Shown: positions 60,839-64,000 of the stretch, piece after piece
How the letters are laid out: each line of letters opens with the position of its first letter
Position numbering within the stretch: position 1 is the first letter of the stretch
Assembly (NCBI GenBank): GCA_013239625.1
Contig: MU056270.1
Location: 558,001-622,000, forward strand
DNA length: 64,000 nt
Direction: 5' to 3'
From: Lama guanicoe
Lineage: Eukaryota
Position numbers and translations under genes: made by a program
Notes under the pieces: generated by a model
What the model saw: the letters and a program-made list of their open reading frames with translations, nothing else
Databases searched by the model: none
What the model was told of the DNA's origin: nothing

Positions 60839-62647
60839 CCGCCCCCCACAACCCTGGGGCCACTCCTCTCTGCCCTATTAAGTCCCTAAGTGAGCCACGG
60901 GAGAGAGAAAACACACCCCCGGGAGGAATTAGCTTCCTCCGAGAACAGACACCACGTCGCCCTGGGGGCCAGTGTCAGCCCTGCTCCAGAAACAGCCTAG
61001 AGAAACCACAATTCGTCCCACATTCTCCCCGGCCCCAAACACAGGGGGAGAGATGGTTAGTTGAGTGTGTGCCTCAAGAGCATATTCAGAACTTACAGCT
61101 AAGGCTCCCCGGATGCAAAACAGCCACAGAAATGAATACCTAGCTCCGTACAGGTCACAGGAAAGCCTGCCCGGGCGTTCCCAGGAGGAACGGGGGCCCC
61201 CAGGTTACGGGCAGAGTCTGCGTGGAGCGGCGAGCCTCGTGGCCACACGCGGCAGTGACGGTGAGCGGAGCAGGCGGACCATGTCTGGGCACAGGCGGCC
61301 GAGGGCCCCCACAGCACCGGGCTTGTGCAGCCGACCCTCCGGCTGCCGGCGACTCGCTCCCCCAAGACTCGCCGGTCCCCAAGTACCCGTGCAATTGCCA
61401 CCCTGGCTTCTGTGTCCAGCGAGAAGCCACATGCAGACATCAACACCACCTCCCTGAGGAGACTGACGGCCACATCTGGAACAAACAGGCTCCCTGCGAA
61501 GCGCGGGTGGCCGAGGGCAAGCACCGACGGGCTCCGGGCAGGCGGCCTCCTCTCCTCACACCGGGGCCCCGGCCGGGATCTTCGGGGGGCAGCACTCCCA
61601 GCGCCGCGCAGGGCAGGTTTCCCGAGGGCTTTGTTGGAGTCAGGGACTCGAGGGGCTGACCTGCATTTAGGGAGAAGCCGGGCCTCTGTGCTTCTCCCCG
61701 GGGAGTCCTCCCCGCCCCCGACCCCATTTCATTTGTGATCACACTTCGGATGCCGAGCTCAGCCTCCGCAAAGTCTGCCGTTAGCAGCTTAGATGCTCAG
61801 CAAACGCACCCCTTCCCGCCTCGCGCCTTCAGCTGCTGGTCGGGTGGGCGGCCCTCGGAACCACTCTTCCACGGAGCGGCTGTGAGACGCAGCTAATGAC
61901 CTGCTTTTCAGAGAGGCGCGTGGGTGGGGAATCTGCCCGAAGCCCTCTGAGAAGACCCCAGCCTCGGAGCTGGCCCTGGCCCCTACCCTCCAGCCACCTG
62001 GTGGGTTTCTGAACATTTCCAGCCGCAAGTCTCCCCACTTCCTCAAGGGGGGCCAAGCCCTCCAGGCAACAGCCGTGGGCACCGGCAGGAGCCTTGGCCT
62101 CATCTCCGTTCAAGACGCATACTTTCCAGATGAGCCCAGAGCGCGGCTTCTCCAAACACTCCATTCCCTGCGGCGGCCGGCCGGGGTCGGGGAGGGGTGG
62201 GGCTCGGCGGGTTCTCTTTGCCCGGCAGCCCGGTGTACTCTTCTATTTTCTGCCCCGGGGCAGCCGCGAGGCTGGGGGAGAAGCTGTTTTCTGGGCAAAA
62301 TACCTCTGGACGAAAAAGGTACCTTTTCACCTGAAGCTGGGGCTGCCCTGAAGGAAGCTGGCCGAGCCGGCAGGACCCCCGGCCGGAGACCAGGGACGGC
62401 GAGGGGTTCCCTGGGGGCATCTGTCACCAGACAAGAGTGAGGGCGCCTCTCCACGCACCTCTCCGCTTACACAACTCCTCGGCCGTGTTTGCTGGCACCT
62501 GCGGTGAATTCAGCTCTGGCCGCGGACTTGGGACAAGAGACAAAATTCATGGAAGACATTCATTCATCTAAAAAGATCTGAGGGACTCCCGACCAGCAGG
62601 CCGTGCTGACCAGGAGCTCAGTCTGCAGGAGAGGCCCGCGTGCGGAC

Positions 62648-62850
62648 CAGGCCTCTCAACCTCGGCTCCGCCGGCCTCTGCGCAGACAGCCCTTTGTCGC
62701 GGGGCTGCCTGTGCTGGAAGATGCTTTGCAGCGTCTCTGACCTCCACCCTCTGGTGCTGTAGCCCCCACCCCCAGGCTGTGACAACCAAGAACGTCTCCA
62801 GACAGAGCCAAATGCTTCTGGAGAACAAAATCACCACATCCCCCACCTCC
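62648..62850 (-). mobile_element. MER20 hAT transposon, near full length
   Basis: 'caggcctctcaacctcggc...gcagcgtctctgacctccaccctctggtgc...tgtgacaaccaagaacgtctccagacagagccaaatg...caaaatcacc'. Confidence 0.88.
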
Positions 62851-62897
62851 CACCCAAACCCACCCCCAGCCAGTGAGGACACAGGCAAATGTTTGCC

Positions 62898-62927
62898 AAT
62901 ATAATAATAATAATAATAATAGTAATA
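62898..62927. repeat. (AAT)n microsatellite
   Basis: aatataataataataataataatagtaata. Confidence 0.95.
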
Positions 62928-63859
62928 AAAGCTTAGGGGTAGAGGTCTATGCAAACGAGGGGGATGCACTGAAGGACGTCTCAGCCCCTCTGCCCAGGAG
63001 GGAACTCCAGGGGGCAGTGCCAGACGGGGCCTTGCAAAGAAAGCAGGCAAGCAGCGGACAGGTGAGACCGGGTGGGACGTGCAGTCCAGGCGGGAAACCG
63101 TGGGCGCAGCCAGGAGGCAGGAGACTGCAGACACGTGGAGCCCGTGCGAGAGACGGCCAGAGAGCCCAAGAGAGGCTCTCGAAGGCCTGGGCGGCCCGCA
63201 GGAGCCCGGCCCCTTCACCTGGAAAAGATGGCTGTACACGCAGAGGTGTGGCATCAGTAAAGTGGGTTTTTCCATTTTTTTGTCATTGTAAAGAGTGTCA
63301 CAATTTCCAGAGTGAATGTTGCATGTGAAGGAAGCAGCGAATGCCGAGCTCCACCCCGGCACCTCGACGGCAAGTCAGATGCAAAGAGCTGTCGCCCTGA
63401 CGTGCGTGACTCACGCGCGAGGAAGCAGGAGGCTCGTTCTTGCGAGAGCATCGCTTCGGCACCCACTGGCTCCGTCTCGCTCACGGTGCTGCTCCTTGCA
63501 GTTCTGCAATTAACCCTTAGTCACACCATTTTCTTACATAAGAACGACCCGGACTGTGTATAAAACCCGTCTGTGTCCGCGAGGCCTTTGATCTGCAGCT
63601 CTGGTCCGCGCGGGACTAATGACGGACGGTTGTGAAATTCTGAGAAGGGCTGAAATTCTCTGTGATGTTGCAGACAGCAAGATCGTTACGTTTTGCTGCT
63701 GTTCGTCTGAGCGGCGGTGCTTTCAGTCTAATTATTGGTGGTAAATCTCTTAGCTGAGTGACTCTTTTAAGGATGACTGTTATGTGAGGACAGATGGATC
63801 TACTCCCAGGCCTGTAAGTGCAGTGCAGTGTGTAAAAGGCCCGAACACTGGCTCAAATT

Positions 63860-63946
63860 GGACGGCTAATCCCCTAATTACCCACCGAGGAACGGTTTCG
63901 GGAGTAATCACAGGGCCCGGCCCCACTCACATGCACGGCTAATCCT
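63860..63946 (+). promoter_or_regulatory. Candidate enhancer: K50/Q50 homeodomain motif cluster
   Basis: CTAATCCC (63866), TAATTA (63875), TAATCA (63905) and CTAATCC (63939) in repeat-free sequence. Confidence 0.4.
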
Positions 63947-64000
63947 TCCCAAAGCCTCACGAAGCTCTTTGGCTCGACGATGTCCTGAGGCTGAAGTTGC

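Noticed and set aside
62568-63362. 264-aa minus-strand ORF with poly-Tyr
   Set aside because: The poly-Tyr is the (AAT)n microsatellite and the C-terminal part is MER20.
1-64000. Hundreds of 60-270 aa ORFs in the supplied track
   Set aside because: They overlap in all six frames, are Pro/Gly/Arg/Ala/Ser-rich, often start at non-ATG codons and show no recognisable domains. This is expected from stop-codon scarcity in GC-rich DNA.

Overview
Eutherian mammalian genomic DNA, probably Laurasiatherian. It is GC-rich and unusually CpG-rich by eye, which resembles a subtelomeric isochore, and it has one 165-bp assembly gap. I recognise no protein-coding gene, tRNA, rRNA or snoRNA. The ORF track is what GC-rich non-coding DNA produces by chance, apart from disrupted LINE-1 ORF1/ORF2 remnants. 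The window reads as intergenic or deep-intronic sequence. It holds ancient interspersed repeats (L1M fragments, L2, MIR, MER2B, MER20, MER58B, MER21 and MLT1 LTRs), a few mini/microsatellites, and repeat-free, more AT-rich blocks with clustered transcription-factor motifs (candidate enhancers). I cannot support a new biological system here. The observations most worth following up are: an ancient L1 with twin-priming-type 5' inversion geometry; a canonical REST/RE1 core inside an L2 tail; a K50-homeodomain (OTX/CRX-type) site cluster at the right end; two orphan exon candidates; the absence of recognisable order-specific SINEs; and strong GC/CpG enrichment of old repeats. Repeat calls come from visual recognition of consensus motifs, so boundaries are approximate and subfamily names need RepeatMasker/Dfam confirmation.
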